Assembly (NCBI GenBank): GCA_001929475.1
Contig: LXFE01003037.1
Location: 1 to 55,303 of the forward strand
Reading direction: 5' to 3'
Origin: Neolecta irregularis DAH-3
Taxonomy: Eukaryota
Length of the DNA: 55,303 nucleotides
Shown: in pieces, positions 37,475 to 50,821 of the stretch
Layout: every line of letters begins with the position of its first letter
Numbering within the stretch: position 1 is the stretch's first letter
Notes under the pieces: generated by a model
Databases searched by the model: none
The model's input: the letters and a program-made list of their open reading frames with translations, nothing else
What the model was told of the DNA's origin: nothing
Program-made: the position numbers and the translations under genes

Positions 37475-38126
37475 ATGCTCGCCCATAATGCCCGTCCATT
37501 GCTGGCCCCCTCAATAACCCGTCGTCTCATCGCCTCGTTCTCTCCCGCAGGCTCCACCAAGCCCAAACAAGCTCCGCGAGCCAAGCGACCTGCTCCCGCC
37601 CGTCTGCGCTCTGCCCAGGCGGCATCCGGCACCAAGCACGTCGACGACATCGCCCTCCCACCCGCCCATCTGCCCTCAAAGGACACAGACAGCAGTGCCG
37701 TATCCTTCCTTCCCTCTTGCCTTCTCTTCTTACTCCCAGTCCTTCATCACTAACGGTAGTATACAGTCGGAGGAGTTGCTTTCCTTCCACAGGCCCCAGA
37801 TCATTACCGCTACTGCCGCTGATGCCCTTCCTGGTGCGTCACAACCCTCCAGGGAATCAACATTCAGCAACGATCAAGACGGTACTGTCGAAGACGTCGT
37901 CGGCTCGTTCGTCAATGCCGACGGCAATATTAAATTTGAGGACGACGGAATTTTCAGCGACCCGCCTAAGCGAACCACCAATTCCAGCAATGAGAGTCAT
38001 TCAGAGTATCAATGGGAAGACGGTGAGATTCCAGAAAGGGACAGAAAGGTTCTTTGGACAATTCTTGGTGCAGGCACCATTTGGAGTCTACTGGGTCCAC
38101 GTAATACCAACAGAAACCAGAAGTGA
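37475..38126 (+). CDS. Hypothetical protein, probably mitochondrial and membrane anchored (2 exons)
   Basis: Arg-rich presequence-like start; intron 37700-37766 (GTATCC, ACTAAC branch, CAG) joins the two ORFs; C-terminal hydrophobic stretch. Confidence 0.6.
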
Positions 38127-38416
38127 CCAAAAAATGCCTTTGATTTATCTGTCCTCCTACAGGTTATTTTTATGACATGTGATGATATGCTCAATGTTAT
38201 AGTAGCATAAATGTATGGCAGCAAAAGAACAATCAATCAATCATTCAGTCAAAGAAGAAAGATGCATAAAACCACTGCTGATATTTTATCCTATCCCAAA
38301 ACTTTTTCATCCACCACTTAATCGGCCATTAGTTGATATCCCACTGGCACTACGTCCACTAGATGACATAGAAGTCCCGTCCTCTCTGCGAGGCACATTC
38401 CATGACGGACATTCTA

Positions 38417-39764
38417 CTAGGTCAGCCAAGAAATAAGCCATGTTGTACGGCTAAATGGCCGGAATACGCCAGTCGTGCTGGGCGGTCCCCAGACATCTTT
38501 TTGAGGTGGTGCGAGGCCTCGTTGGTGTGGAGGAGGAAGCGGCATCGCAGGGCCAGGGAACATGATTCGAGTTTCTTCTTTTGGTATGTAGTTTACCGGC
38601 CCTGGCGGTGGGCCGAGATATGTATTTTGAAAGGCGCTGTAAGGAACCGGAGGACCAGATGGTATGAATTCTTGAGCGTACGGGTTGATATGGTTGTGAG
38701 GAGAAGGATATATATATTGCTCTGACGGCGATGGACTGTATGGAAGACCACCAGGTGGAAATAAAGGCGGGGGAGGATACTGGTTAAAGTATGTCGGTTG
38801 AGATGGTGCATTGTAGACTGGTCTTAAAAGCAAATCTTCATCTCGTTGTCGAGGGTTATTATTCAGTTTATATTTTGGTTTTGTTGTTGGTAGTGGTTCT
38901 AGATTATTGATGCTCGAGTCTGAAAAGGACAAGCTACCTTCAACGACCTCGCTTTCTTCGAAATCCTTGAATATACGAGCGCGAGCAGCCTTGTAAGCTT
39001 CTTCCTTGGCAAGTCTAATTTGTTCTTTGGTCTTTGGAACATCGGACCCGTCATCGGAGCCGAGGAGCGAGGAATACGTTTCTGAAGGTGTAGCGGTATC
39101 TCTTCTCATGATCTTCATCTTCTTTGGAGCGACTGTCTGCACAGACGGGTCTTCTGTAACCGCATCCCGCAATCGGACCGTCGGACTAGATCATCAATTT
39201 TCCGACTGTTTCTTGCGAGAAAATACATCTTTGACCAATGCGACCGGAAGAATATTACAGACTTTCCATTTTCATCGACGACATGTGTTAATCTCCAATA
39301 ATCTCCCAACCGATGGGCCAGTAGACGCTGGTACGAATTCATCATTCCGAGTTCAAGAGTATCGGTTCTACAAAATAATCAACCCAGTGCAAGAATCAAA
39401 GAATCGGCTATACGTATTTGCTTTCATAAACTCTTCGATACTCCTCTCCAGACCTAATAAAAACAACCGATCTTTGCCATTGCTCAAGGCAGCTATTAGT
39501 GAATCATCGAGTTTCTCAGTATTAGTGGCTGTCGTAGAATCAGAATTCGTCGTATCTGCCCCAGCTGATTCTGGTCGCTTGAGGAAATTTTGAGAAATGC
39601 GTTCGTCAAGGTTTGACGGAGAGGAAGGACGCTGTAGGAATTTTATGTGAATGCTTCGTCGTTGAATGTGCTCTTTATCGAGAGAAAGTGCAGAGAGATC
39701 CTGCGGGGTTGTGTAAGACTGGTGGAGCGGCTACTAGACGTACCACGGATAAGGAATCAGACAT
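38417..39764 (-). CDS. R3H and SUZ domain RNA-binding protein (Rbs1/encore-like)
   Basis: KDRLFLLGLE, MNSYQRLLAHRLGDYW (R3H), KMKIMRR...KEEAYKAARARIF (SUZ), Pro-rich tail. Confidence 0.88.
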
Positions 39765-40009
39765 TTACAGCAGCACGCAGAAACAGAATATCAAAGAGAC
39801 TTTGCAGCAGGGCGAATATGCTCCATCGGGCACTTCCGCTATCCTTTTGTAGTGGGGGGGGCAGCCTGCGTGGGGGCGAACAACAGTGGGTGACGGCTTG
39901 GAAGAATGAGGTTGGCTTTAGACCTGCCAGACTGCCTCTGCGTCAATAGCTAGCGCCCAGAGACTACGAATACATCGATTTGCCTGCATATACACAGACC
40001 AGACACGTC

Positions 40010-40559
40010 ATGTGGGGGCAGCGCAGACCACGGGCCAGCCATGACAAGGCCCGGTGTGCGCGGTGTGAGCAGTTTGGCCATTATACATATGAATGCACAA
40101 ACACCGAGAGAATCTACAAGACAAGACCGTCACGCACACAGCAGCTGCAGGAACAGCCCAGATGCCGTTCATACTGATACCCGTAGAATCCGAAATTGCT
40201 AGTAAAACTCGCTGACACCAAACTCGAAGACACCGATGGCGTGTCAACCACCAGTGCTGCCGCGGTTCTAGCCGCAAAAGAGCGGTCCGAGATTATAGCG
40301 AAAGAGCGCGGCGACCCAGCGGTGCAGAGAGCACGGAGCAGGAGGTACGTGTCCTTGTGCATGTGGGTTTACACATTGACACCTCAGTCGTTCGGTGTCC
40401 ACTGCACCGTCCACAGACGATGAATCAAGATCCTCTAGTCGATCGGACTCGAGGGGTGTAGATGGCGATGATGAGAGGCGGCGGGACCCTGTAGGAAAGC
40501 GTCATTGCAAGGATTCGCCGCAGAACAGACGAAGTGCATCGCCGGGAAGACGGGATTGA
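40010..40559 (+). CDS. Small zinc-knuckle protein (ZCCHC10/SREK1IP1-like) with RS-rich tail
   Basis: CARCEQFGHYTYEC, RPSRTQQL.NPKL, Arg/Ser-rich C-terminus. Confidence 0.78.
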
Positions 40560-40613
40560 TTGCGGCAAGTAGATGTACAATTGCAATATAGCGGCCCGTG
40601 ACAGGGACTCTCT

Positions 40614-41117
40614 CTACTCCAGTTCTGCGTTCTCTGCAGCCAGATCCTCTCTATTCCTCCGCTCTTGCTCTTTGACTACCTCCACCAGATCTCCTTGGCC
40701 GTGGTTGTTCTCGCCCTTGACCCTGTCTCTCACAATTCTGGCAATCGCGGCGTCCGTAACGCCCTTGAGTCTCTCCAGTTTGATGTCCATGTCTCTTTTC
40801 AGATCCCAGTTATCTGTCTTGGGGGCAAGATTGACCAGGTCTACAGTAGAATCATGTGCAGTCTTGTCCGCCTCGACAGCGAGCTGCTCTGAAATCTTCA
40901 AGGCCTCTGCCTCGACGGTAGTCTCTGCACTGAGGTTGGGCAGGTCGAGGAAGCCGAGACGCGGGGCATTTGTTTCTGGATCGAGGTTTCTGTACGAGAG
41001 ATTGAGATTTGGCTGGAGAGCGTTCTCGGATGGTGTATCTGCTTCTCCTGGACGGGTGCGCTTGCGGATATTTGCGAGACGCTCTTTGCGCTTCCGCAGC
41101 TGCTCGTCCAGCGACAT
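40614..41117 (-). CDS. cwf18: Spliceosome factor Cwf18/CCDC12
   Basis: RKERLANIR, LSYRNLDPET, DLVNLAPKTDNWDLKRD, TDAAIARIVRDRV. Confidence 0.9.
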   Translation of the reverse strand: MSLDEQLRKRKERLANIRKRTRPGEADTPSENALQPNLNLSYRNLDPETNAPRLGFLDLPNLSAETTVEAEALKISEQLAVEADKTAHDSTVDLVNLAPKTDNWDLKRDMDIKLERLKGVTDAAIARIVRDRVKGENNHGQGDLVEVVKEQERRNREDLAAENAELE

Positions 41118-41364
41118 GCAGTTTGCCAGAGGAGGACAGCGGGAGTAGTACACGTGAGGTGGCGGACCACCATCAGATTGCAGATGGCAAAACAGCCTCT
41201 CTGATGGAGAGATACTCGTAGCGAGATACAACCACCGTGCAGTCTGCAAAAGACGGATCCTGCGAGCTGGTGGCAAAACGTCATCTAAAGATTGGGCTAC
41301 ATCACCACCGAGAACTTGGGCCCGGACACCGCGAACAAAACCAGCTGCGATCAGGACTCTAGCT

Positions 41365-43587
41365 ATGGTTGTTGCTGCCGCTGCCGCTGCAGGTTCCTGT
41401 AAGCGCTGCTTTGTGCGCCCGCTGTCTTCAACGTCGGCAGAACATCTTTCTACTCCCCATCCCCGCGACCTGAAACGCCGTCTGTATACATATTTATCTT
41501 TTTACTTGCAACGGCTAACCTTGTCCAGCTGGATGGCAAAACACTACATGCACCCAGTTCATGATCCAGTACATCATCCAGGGGCCCAGCACTCTCCACA
41601 GCCAGTCATCCAACCGGAGAGGCCCACGCACCAGATGAGACCTCTGAACGTCATCTGCAATTCTCACTATCAAATGTTTGAACCCCGCTTAGAATCAGCT
41701 GTCACAAAGTTTCTCGATGCAGGGCAACCCTTGCAAGCTTTTAATTACTGGAACACCGTTGACTGCTCTACCGACGACAATACTCACCTCGAACGACTCA
41801 TTCTCAAGCTCGTTGAAGAGGGCAAGGTCAACGAGGCTGAAAGCATATGGGCCCGATTGGTTAAAGATCATCCCTATTCTACTACCTATCCGGAGATCCT
41901 CCTCGCCGTGTATAACCTTCGCTCTCCCGAAAATCCCATCATATCCTACTGGTGTCATCTCAACGATCTTCAGAAACGCAATTATGTACACTTCCTCTGG
42001 CGCGCCTTCCTCTCGGCCCCAGATATCAATGGGATAAAGTTGCTATGTACTGAACTTAAACTTCTTCGACATTGCGATTCAGAAACAATGTTTGAGAAAT
42101 GGGTTACAGCTCATGATGTTCTTGGCTCCAAAGTCAGTTTGGAAAACTGGTTCAAGGATTCCATATTCACCTTCCCAATGAAAAAAAACTCAATGAGACG
42201 CTATCGACAAGTTATCTGTCGTTTGGCAGATCTCAATGATGTTGATCGAATTGTAAAGTTACACACTCTTGTTTCGAAAAAGAACTGTTTAACGAAGTTG
42301 TTTCATATATCGACATTTAAAGCTCTCATTCAAGCTGGCGGTTCGCAAGAGAATGTTTTTACAGTTTATAAATCAGCGATACAGCACAGTATGGCCGATT
42401 ATAGTAGTGACCGTAACTGGATCTATATGTATCTGTGTCTACAGACATTCAAACAGAACAATCCTAAATTGCTAGAATTACTCGTGGGACACCTTAAGTC
42501 AGAGAGAATTACCTTACCAACTCGAATCATCGTTGCTATTATTCAATTCTTTGTCGGGAAACAGAAACTTCGTAATGCTAAAAGATTCGCTGCGTGTAAA
42601 AAAGGCCGCCTAGTACCACTACACTTGTCAGGCTACGAATATATCCTTAAAGCCTGCGTCAAGGACGGAGACGACACCGTATCAGACAACATGTTTCACA
42701 AACTGCTCAATATGCGCAGTTACTCGGATACAGGGATATACAATTTAATTCTCAAACTATGCACGCAAGGGGAAACAATAGATTTTGCCTCTCAAGTCTT
42801 TCAAATGATGCAAGACAAGGGAATTGCCAGAAATGAAGAGACCTACGAGATTATGATGCGCGGATACGGAAACCATTCATATTTTGATGGCGCGTTGCAG
42901 GTGTTCAACCTGATGAGAAAAGATGGCATTGGCTCAGGAAATCAAGCAATGATTCTATTGAACATTGGAATGCAGACAAAACGATACGATATGGTCTTAC
43001 AACACATCTTTGCATTATTCGACACAACTCCTCTACAAAAATTAGGAATTACGAATCCGATACTCTCGATTACCCCAGCAAAGGACAGGTTGGCGCTAGA
43101 CGAGATAGTATTATCAATATTCATAGACGCATTATGTTTTTCCCGCAACAACGAAGAACTGATACGTCTATACAACTCGCTTCTCTGTTTAAAAGATGAA
43201 CAACCACAGTGGATCAACAAATTCATCTGCACTCGCTTCGTCCGCGAATTCAGTCGCTCAAGAGAAACTCTTCATCATGCTATTTTTATATTCCAAGAGA
43301 CAGTCAAGCGCAATGCGGATGTTTGGCTTTACAGCGCCCTGTTGAATGGGTTCACAAAGTATAATAGGATGAAAGACGCCGAACTGTTGGTAGCGCAGAT
43401 GAACGCCCGCGGCATTCAAAGCAATTTGACAATATATAATCAGTTGATGTGGGGATATATTCGGCAGGGGAATCGGGAAACCGCCTTGCGGCTATATGCG
43501 GATATGCGAGCCACGGGAATTAACCCGGATGAGAAGACACTGAGAATTTTACAAGAGAACGCAGAGGATACTTTTGAAGTAGATTAG
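41365..43587 (+). CDS. Pentatricopeptide repeat protein
   Basis: 740 aa ORF with PPR motifs (TYEIMMRGY, YSALLNGF, IYNQLMWGY...GINPDEKT). Confidence 0.88.
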   Translation: MVVAAAAAAGSCKRCFVRPLSSTSAEHLSTPHPRDLKRRLYTYLSFYLQRLTLSSWMAKHYMHPVHDPVHHPGAQHSPQPVIQPERPTHQMRPLNVICNSHYQMFEPRLESAVTKFLDAGQPLQAFNYWNTVDCSTDDNTHLERLILKLVEEGKVNEAESIWARLVKDHPYSTTYPEILLAVYNLRSPENPIISYWCHLNDLQKRNYVHFLWRAFLSAPDINGIKLLCTELKLLRHCDSETMFEKWVTAHDVLGSKVSLENWFKDSIFTFPMKKNSMRRYRQVICRLADLNDVDRIVKLHTLVSKKNCLTKLFHISTFKALIQAGGSQENVFTVYKSAIQHSMADYSSDRNWIYMYLCLQTFKQNNPKLLELLVGHLKSERITLPTRIIVAIIQFFVGKQKLRNAKRFAACKKGRLVPLHLSGYEYILKACVKDGDDTVSDNMFHKLLNMRSYSDTGIYNLILKLCTQGETIDFASQVFQMMQDKGIARNEETYEIMMRGYGNHSYFDGALQVFNLMRKDGIGSGNQAMILLNIGMQTKRYDMVLQHIFALFDTTPLQKLGITNPILSITPAKDRLALDEIVLSIFIDALCFSRNNEELIRLYNSLLCLKDEQPQWINKFICTRFVREFSRSRETLHHAIFIFQETVKRNADVWLYSALLNGFTKYNRMKDAELLVAQMNARGIQSNLTIYNQLMWGYIRQGNRETALRLYADMRATGINPDEKTLRILQENAEDTFEVD

Positions 43588-43842
43588 GCTTTGGCTTCAT
43601 GCATAGTGTAATTTAGCATTTATACTTTAGTTTTTGCGCTTAGTCATATAGAATTATCTAATCCAATTTCTTTCGCAGCTATAGGCGGGAGGTATGATCG
43701 CTGAAAGGAATTCAAAGGGGATCAGGCAACACGTGAGGCCAGCCATCCCCGCTTGCCCACCCTTTTCACGATCCCGCTTCCGACAGCCACGCTCAGATAC
43801 TCTACCCTCTAGATCCAACCAACGAATCTCCAAATTATCACT

Positions 43843-44580
43843 ATGGGACTACCAGTATGGCGCTCTCCTTCTCCTCAGCCCGCTCAGAAATCCCTTAAAT
43901 CAACCCGCAATAGAACAATAGCGAGAGATCGCCCACCCGCTTCGCGAAGGAGCTACTCAACTTACAGCGAAGCTGTCCGCCAACACGTCTTGCGGCCTCA
44001 AGAATCTTCTAGTTCAACTATACCCCAAGACCACAGGAATTTCTACAACCGCACAAGGGAAGTTCAACGAAGATTAGATCGTCTGGAGGCGTTTCAGGCT
44101 CTTGGAGAAGAAGGATACGAAAGCGACGATACTAGGAGACTTGCTGGTGTCTTAAGAAGAGGCCGCGATAACTGGGAAGCGTTGGGGAGGACTGGTAATG
44201 CCGCCCGAGCAAGGAGACGAGATGGGTACGGGTATACAGAAGGCCCCTTTGCTCGTCGAGAAGTGATCAATATCGCACCATTCGCTACAGCAGAAGAGTC
44301 CTCCTCTCTTCTCGACTCAGTTCAGGAGACCTTTGGACATCCTCTGGGACGATCAGCCGCCAGATCTCAGGGAACCAGTCGCAGAAACACTGATTGGATA
44401 TCATTCCTCAACGGCCTAGGCGATAGGGACCGTAGTCCGGAAAATGATGGAGAGGACGAACGTATTGCAAGCCGTTTTGCCCAGGAGATCGAAGAGGCGG
44501 ACTTTGAAAATGGACCGCCGATTCCCTGCGACTTTGACGAAGAAATCGCCGACGGACGGCAAATGTTTCAACACGTATAA
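43843..44580 (+). CDS. Hypothetical protein (Arg-rich, acidic C-terminus)
   Basis: 245 aa intronless ORF starting MGLPVWRSPSP, occupying its own intergenic slot. Confidence 0.6.
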   Translation: MGLPVWRSPSPQPAQKSLKSTRNRTIARDRPPASRRSYSTYSEAVRQHVLRPQESSSSTIPQDHRNFYNRTREVQRRLDRLEAFQALGEEGYESDDTRRLAGVLRRGRDNWEALGRTGNAARARRRDGYGYTEGPFARREVINIAPFATAEESSSLLDSVQETFGHPLGRSAARSQGTSRRNTDWISFLNGLGDRDRSPENDGEDERIASRFAQEIEEADFENGPPIPCDFDEEIADGRQMFQHV

Positions 44581-45117
44581 CAAAAGAATCCCTCTCTTGA
44601 TTCCGTATTTCTGTCGAAAATACTCCCCATCCTCTAGAATGAGGAACGGGATATGACATACGGCGCCACTGATTATTTGTACTTTGGATCTGCAAGTGAT
44701 AATATTTGGGGAAGGAAAAGCCTGATGAGCTCAGGGTCGTAGTTGCATATATACTTTGAATAAACGCAGAAATGCGATTGTATATAAAGGCCTTCTAGTT
44801 CGCTATACATGTAAATAGTACCGAGGTGCTTGAATTTCACAAGAGCACGGGATTATTGGGAATAGCTCGCTTGCAACAATGGCCGGCATATTCTATTTCC
44901 ATTGTTAGATCACTGAACTTGTTCATTCTAGATCGATGTTTGATATTCTTTCACCAATCAACACGATCTAACTTTCAGGATCTACGTTAGCTCCGGTTCG
45001 TGTGTACTGATTTTTTAGTATTTAAATGAGGAAGTAGGATCGATAAAGAACAAGCCACACGCCCAAATTTCTAATTTTTTCAGTTACAAGTTTTCATACC
45101 TAAAACCCTAAAGCAAA

Positions 45118-45792
45118 ATGCTTTCGCAACCTCTGAATATCCCAGAATGGCTTGCAGAGAATTCGCATCTCTTGCAACCGCCGATAATGAATGCCTGCGT
45201 AATTCGCGGCGAAGATTCGGTCATGGTATCCGGAACCCCGGCAACTTTGTCCGAGTGACCGTTTTTCAGATCGTCGGGGGACCAAACTCTCGAACAGATT
45301 ATCATCTCAATCCAACCCCAGTAAATATGTGGCTGAGAAGAATCCTTGATAGGTAGGAATTCTTTTATCAGTACAAGGGAAATATGATACTCAAAGTCGT
45401 TGACGACAACAAGTTCAGAGATATTCCAATAAATGAAGGCGATATGTTCTTGTTGCCTTGTTTGTCTATCTATATCCTGGTGTTTATTGTTTTAGCCAAC
45501 ACTCCGCATAGTCCAGTTCGCTATGCAAATACCGTTGGAATCGTCGTCGAACAAACACGTCCTCAAGGTGAAAACGGTACTCTATGGCTTATTTGTAAAG
45601 ATTTATTAAAAAATAGATCATTTACTTTGGTACTGTTCGAATCCCAATTGTCAAAAGATTGTTCACGACGAACAATTCTATTTGGTCGATCTCGGAACTC
45701 AAATAAAAGCTGGTGTAGAAAGGTTTGCAGCAAGTGAAAGCCTAAGGAAATGCAAGGCCTGCGAAACCATGGTGAGCGTTCTACCAGATTAG
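45118..45792 (+). CDS. BNA1: 3-hydroxyanthranilate 3,4-dioxygenase
   Basis: [47 protein letters not shown]-terminal Cys pairs. Confidence 0.93.
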
Positions 45793-46116
45793 CTGATTGG
45801 GATTAATTATTGTCCATCTTTTTCGTATGCAGGGTTGTTTTTGGAGCTGGTTGAATTGTTGATACGCTATAAACATAAGGTTTCATACTTCTTCTATTAA
45901 TGCACTATGCTCTTTGGGGGGCGCATATTTTACTGTCTGGCGATGTATTCGCCGATCTGATATTGTAAATATTGCAATAAATATGAAACGCCTATCGTGA
46001 ACTAAGGCCAAACTCACCTCCTTAACCAACCATTCTGACTCGATTTACCCCCTTCAGATTACATTCTCTCAATTCTACTAGTTCTCATGCTTATGAAACA
46101 AAAGACTCCGAATTAA

Positions 46117-49100
46117 ATGAAAATTCCAACCAGCCATGCTCCCCTACACAATTTCGTATTTACTCGGGGGATTTCAGGAGACTGACCAAGTTAGACCCTT
46201 GGAGATTGTCTCGGTAAAGGTGCATTCGCAAGCGTCTACAGAGCACTCAACTTCTCGACTGGAGAAGTTGTTGCAATCAAGCAAATCAAACTAGCCAGCA
46301 TTCCGAAAAGCGAATTGAAGGTTATCATGGTACGTTTTGCATTTGCGTTGTTTCAAACTTACAGTTAGATGGAAATTGATCTGTTGAAGAACTTGAACGT
46401 ATTCATCAATTGGAAATAATAAAGATGATTGAGAATGATAGCATCAAAATATTGTCAAATATCTTGGATTCGTAAAAGATCCGAATTACTTAAATATCAT
46501 TCTTGAGTAAGGCTTCTCAAATGCATCACTCTGATTGGTATTTAGATTCTGCGAGAATGGTTCTCTTTACAGCATTTGCAAGAATTTCGGAAAATTCCCA
46601 GAGAACCTTGTGGCTTTGTATATTAATCAGGTTCTTCAAGGTTTAGTGTATCTACACGAGCAGGGAGTCATTCATCGAGATATTAAAGGAGCCAACATCC
46701 TCACAACAAAAGATGGCGCGGTGAAACTGGCTGATTTTGGAGTTGCAACGAGAGCGACTGGATTGAACGACTTTTCTGTTGTTGGAAGTCCCTATTGGAG
46801 TGCGTGCACAATCTTTGTTTGATAGGGTGGGATTTGACAGGACTAGTGGCTCCAGAGGTTATTGAGCTGTCAGGTGCGACTGCTGCTTCGGATATATGGT
46901 ATCCCTTAATATCTGTGAAAAGTTAACTGATGGAACAGGAGCTTGGGTTGTACAGTCATCGAGCTTCTGGAAGGACAGCCTCCATATCACGAATACGACC
47001 CGATGCCCGCTCTATTTCATATCGTCAATGATGACCATCCGCCGATCCCCGAGAGCGCATCTCCTGTAAATCCTACTCGACGTTCTTTTTGATTTTCTAA
47101 TATACAGGCTGTTCGAGACTTCCTCATGCAATGTTTTCAGAAGGATCCGAATTTTCGAGTCTCCGCGAGGAAATTACTGAAGCATTCTTGGATTCAAGCA
47201 TTTCAGTCGAGTGGAAATAGGGATAAATTGTTTTCAAAGACGACGACGAAGTATGATGATGCTGTCAAGAGCGTCCAGCAATGGAATGAAGCGCTCAAAG
47301 GACCACCAGAAGCGGAAGCTTTATATATCCCGAGGAGAGCACTTGAACAAAGAAACGTACTACTGGATGGCCGAAGACCGTCGTTAGCTCGGCCGGGTGT
47401 CACAGATGTGACTAGGGGATTTCGGTCCCCTGATATGTCAGGTGTCTCCTTATTACTTCTCAAAAAATAACTGAAGCGGTTGGAAATGTCTGGGATGACG
47501 ATTTTGAGGTGGACGCATCCCTTGATCTGAAGAACTTCAATTCAAGGATTTCACCACAAAGAAATAAAATTATGAAGAAGATGGCTCTTGGGTTAAAGAA
47601 TCCTAGGTTAACGCAGATTGCACATGCGGAAGACGGTGGAACGAATTGGGATGACGACTTTGAGGGTGGTTTAACTTTTCAAACTATTTCTGGTACGAAT
47701 TTATCATTTTATATTTCAGTGACAGTTAGGGTCAAAGACAATCGACAATTCACTTGATGAGCGACTTAGAACTATTAAATTATCCTCATCGAACGACAGT
47801 AGAAACAGCAGTATCAGCAGCAGATCCTCACCGACGAGACGTAATATACATGATATAGCGTCTGGGTTTGGATCGGGAGAATCAACAGTCAAGGCATCAA
47901 AACTATCCTACCCGATGCGATCAAGTTCGAAGCGCGGTTCCGATGATTATTCGGACTTGATAGATGAAGAAGATGCTTCATTTACTGAGAAGATTCAGAC
48001 TTTCAAGGTACATATTGCATTCTCTGTCGTGTACTCATATGTAGCAAAAGGGAGCGTCTTCCGGAAAGCTCTTTCATCCCTCAGACCTTCGAAATATCTC
48101 ACGGAGATCTTCTCCTGCTCCTTCGAAATCATATGGTAATCTTCGTCGTTACCATTCAACGAAAAGTGACGCGTCTAATATTGAGCTTAAGCGCTCAAGG
48201 TCATGGCTTGAAATTCAGCGTTACGCAGAAATTGAAGGCGAGGAAGATTATTCCGATGTCTTTGGGAAAGATGATGGGAATGGAAGTAATGGAACTGGCG
48301 ATCAATCCTCGGAGGTTAGTTCACTAATGTTGAATACGAAACTATCAAGTAATTCCTGGGTATATCACTCCATTCCCTTGGTTTCTGATCTCGCCAGTTG
48401 GGTGCGGAGGGAAGCGACGAAGAAGATCCTTTTGCCGATATTGACGAAGGGTTCGATGAAATGGATCTTGATGCAAATATTGCTAGAGATAAACACGCTC
48501 GAGTTTTAGCTCAAATCAACCAGATTGTGTCAAAGCTTCAAAGTCGCAAGAACGAGTTAGGGTTGTTGGATTCTTCAAATGAGCTGGTATAAAATGTGCG
48601 GTATCCTTGGCATTAATTATTAGCTCGAGCTCTTGATAGAGAACCGGCACATGAAAGATCACTTTCGTAAGGCCATGTTGCCAATAATTGAAATCCTCGA
48701 AGTATGTCTGAAACGAGATGTTCAACTGGTCCTTCTTAAAATTGTCAATCTGGTATCAATCCTTCTCTTAGGTAGTTGTTTCTGACTTGCGAGATTATCG
48801 CCGACGACATTGAAACACTAGAAAACTTGTGTTCGACAGGCGTCATTCCAACTATTATTTGTCTCGCAACCAAGAAGAGCGCCGTAGAAGTGCGAAGAGA
48901 AGCTGCAGTCTTTGTCCGTGAATTATGCCAGACATCGCTTCTTGCCTTGCAAATGTTTATGTGTTGTGCCGGTCTTGACATACTCGTCGAGTTTGTGGGA
49001 GAAGATTATGAGCAACAAACCGATTTGGTACAAATCGGTATCAATGGCATATCCAGCGTTCTTGATCCCCAGGTAGATATTCACTGCCAAAAGAGCTGAC

Positions 49101-50423
49101 GTCAAGACGCCTCTTCGATATGACTTTTGCAGAGTTCTCGTAAAGAAAGGCGTTCTTGATCCATTAACGATGACCCTGGAACAATTGATCAACAACCCCA
49201 ATGAAATAAATTCTATGTATACGACAAAAATCGTCGATATCATTTATTTATTCTCACAAGCAGACGAATACGTCAAATCTCTAGTGGCTTCGCGATCAGT
49301 GACTAGACGTAATACTCGGTTCATTTTACAAGTTAATATATACAGGGTTACTTAAAGATATCACACGTTTAGAACCGCCCTTACAGATAATTCTTCTCAA
49401 ATTTATCAAGAATTTATCAATGGTTCCAACTACGCTCGACAATCTACAGAATGCCAATGTCATTGATATTCTTGTGCAAATTCTGGCCTTTGCCAAACCA
49501 GGTCCATATCATGTGGTACGTCTATGGCTTTATTGTATACCCTTACCTGGAACAGGAGATGTCGAATCATATCCTTGCGACAATGTTCAACCTCTGTCGT
49601 TTAGATCTGGGGCGACAAGAAGAAGCAGCTCTTGCAGGAGTCATCCCCGTTCTCCAACGGATCGTCAGAACGGATCGCCCACTAAAGGAATTTGCATTGC
49701 CTATTCTATGTGATTTTGCACATGCGGGTAAAACCTGTCGGAAGATTCTCTGGCAAAACAATGGCTTGGAATTTTATATTGTTTTACTGGCGGATCCGTA
49801 TTGGCAAGTAAACGCGTTGGATGCCGTGTTGGCATGGTATACTTATTCCTTTTCTCTCATCCTAACTGCTCAGGTATCAAGAAGAGACGGCGAGAGTTGA
49901 AGATCATCTTGTTCGACCAGCTTCCACTGCTGCCATTTCAAAGGCATTCGCCACGTCAAAAAACATCTCTTTTGAAGGGCTGCTAGATCCATTACACAAG
50001 CTACTTCGTCTCAGCGCACCGCTTGCGAGATCGTTTGCGAGATCAGAGGTTTTCCAGAGGATTTCAGAACGGTTGGGGCATCCCAAAGCTGTCATTCGCC
50101 TCAATCTTCTAAGAATCCTGTGCAGTATATGTGATTCACATCCATCCGGATACGCGTTATTGCAGGAATACAATCTTTCCGAATTGATCCATCGGCTCAA
50201 TGAAAACGAGAGCACAATACTGGTTAGAGGGCTATCCCAGAAAATTCTCGCGGAAATCACAGGCTCGGGAAGTGTTAACGGTTCAACGATCTTCGTCAAT
50301 GCCTCCGATTTTGGGCCACCACGGCAACCAAACTTCAGTCGAAGAACATCTAAAAGTTCTAGGAGTATAGGGGATAATCAAATCACTGTTGTTAGAAGAA
50401 GACCAGTCAATGGAAAAAGGTAG
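46117..50423 (+). CDS. cdc7: Septation initiation kinase Cdc7/SepH/Cdc15 type
   Basis: [41 protein letters not shown] motifs, [18 protein letters not shown]-like C-terminus with RQEEAA and [10 protein letters not shown]. Confidence 0.92.
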
Positions 50424-50821
50424 AGTGTTTGTTGTTGTTCATTGGAGTTGGGCCATTCCTATTTGGAACTCGTTCATTTGTTTGTCTTGCATCGATATCT
50501 GCTTAGCATTTTGTATCCATGGGAGAATTGGAGTCACGTGTATTCATTATAAGTCTGTAAAAAGTTTTTCATCCCCAACATAATACATAACACCATCCAG
50601 TTAACCAAATCGACGGCAAGTTTCTCCACCATCTGGTTTAAATGGATTGGATCAGACTAAAGATTCAACACTCTAAATCCTCTTGTTTAGCTTCTTCATT
50701 CTCCTTGTGGGATTCGCTGTGTTGCAACAATTTCAATGGATATAGTTATATCAAACCTTTCAAACCAATTTTAATCATGATATATACATTAGTTCAGATC
50801 AAATACAAAGCCTACAAACTC

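Noticed and set aside
39006-39593. 195-aa plus-strand ORF
   Set aside because: Antisense shadow of the R3H-SUZ gene with a TTG start
40573-41148. 191-aa plus-strand ORF
   Set aside because: Antisense shadow of cwf18
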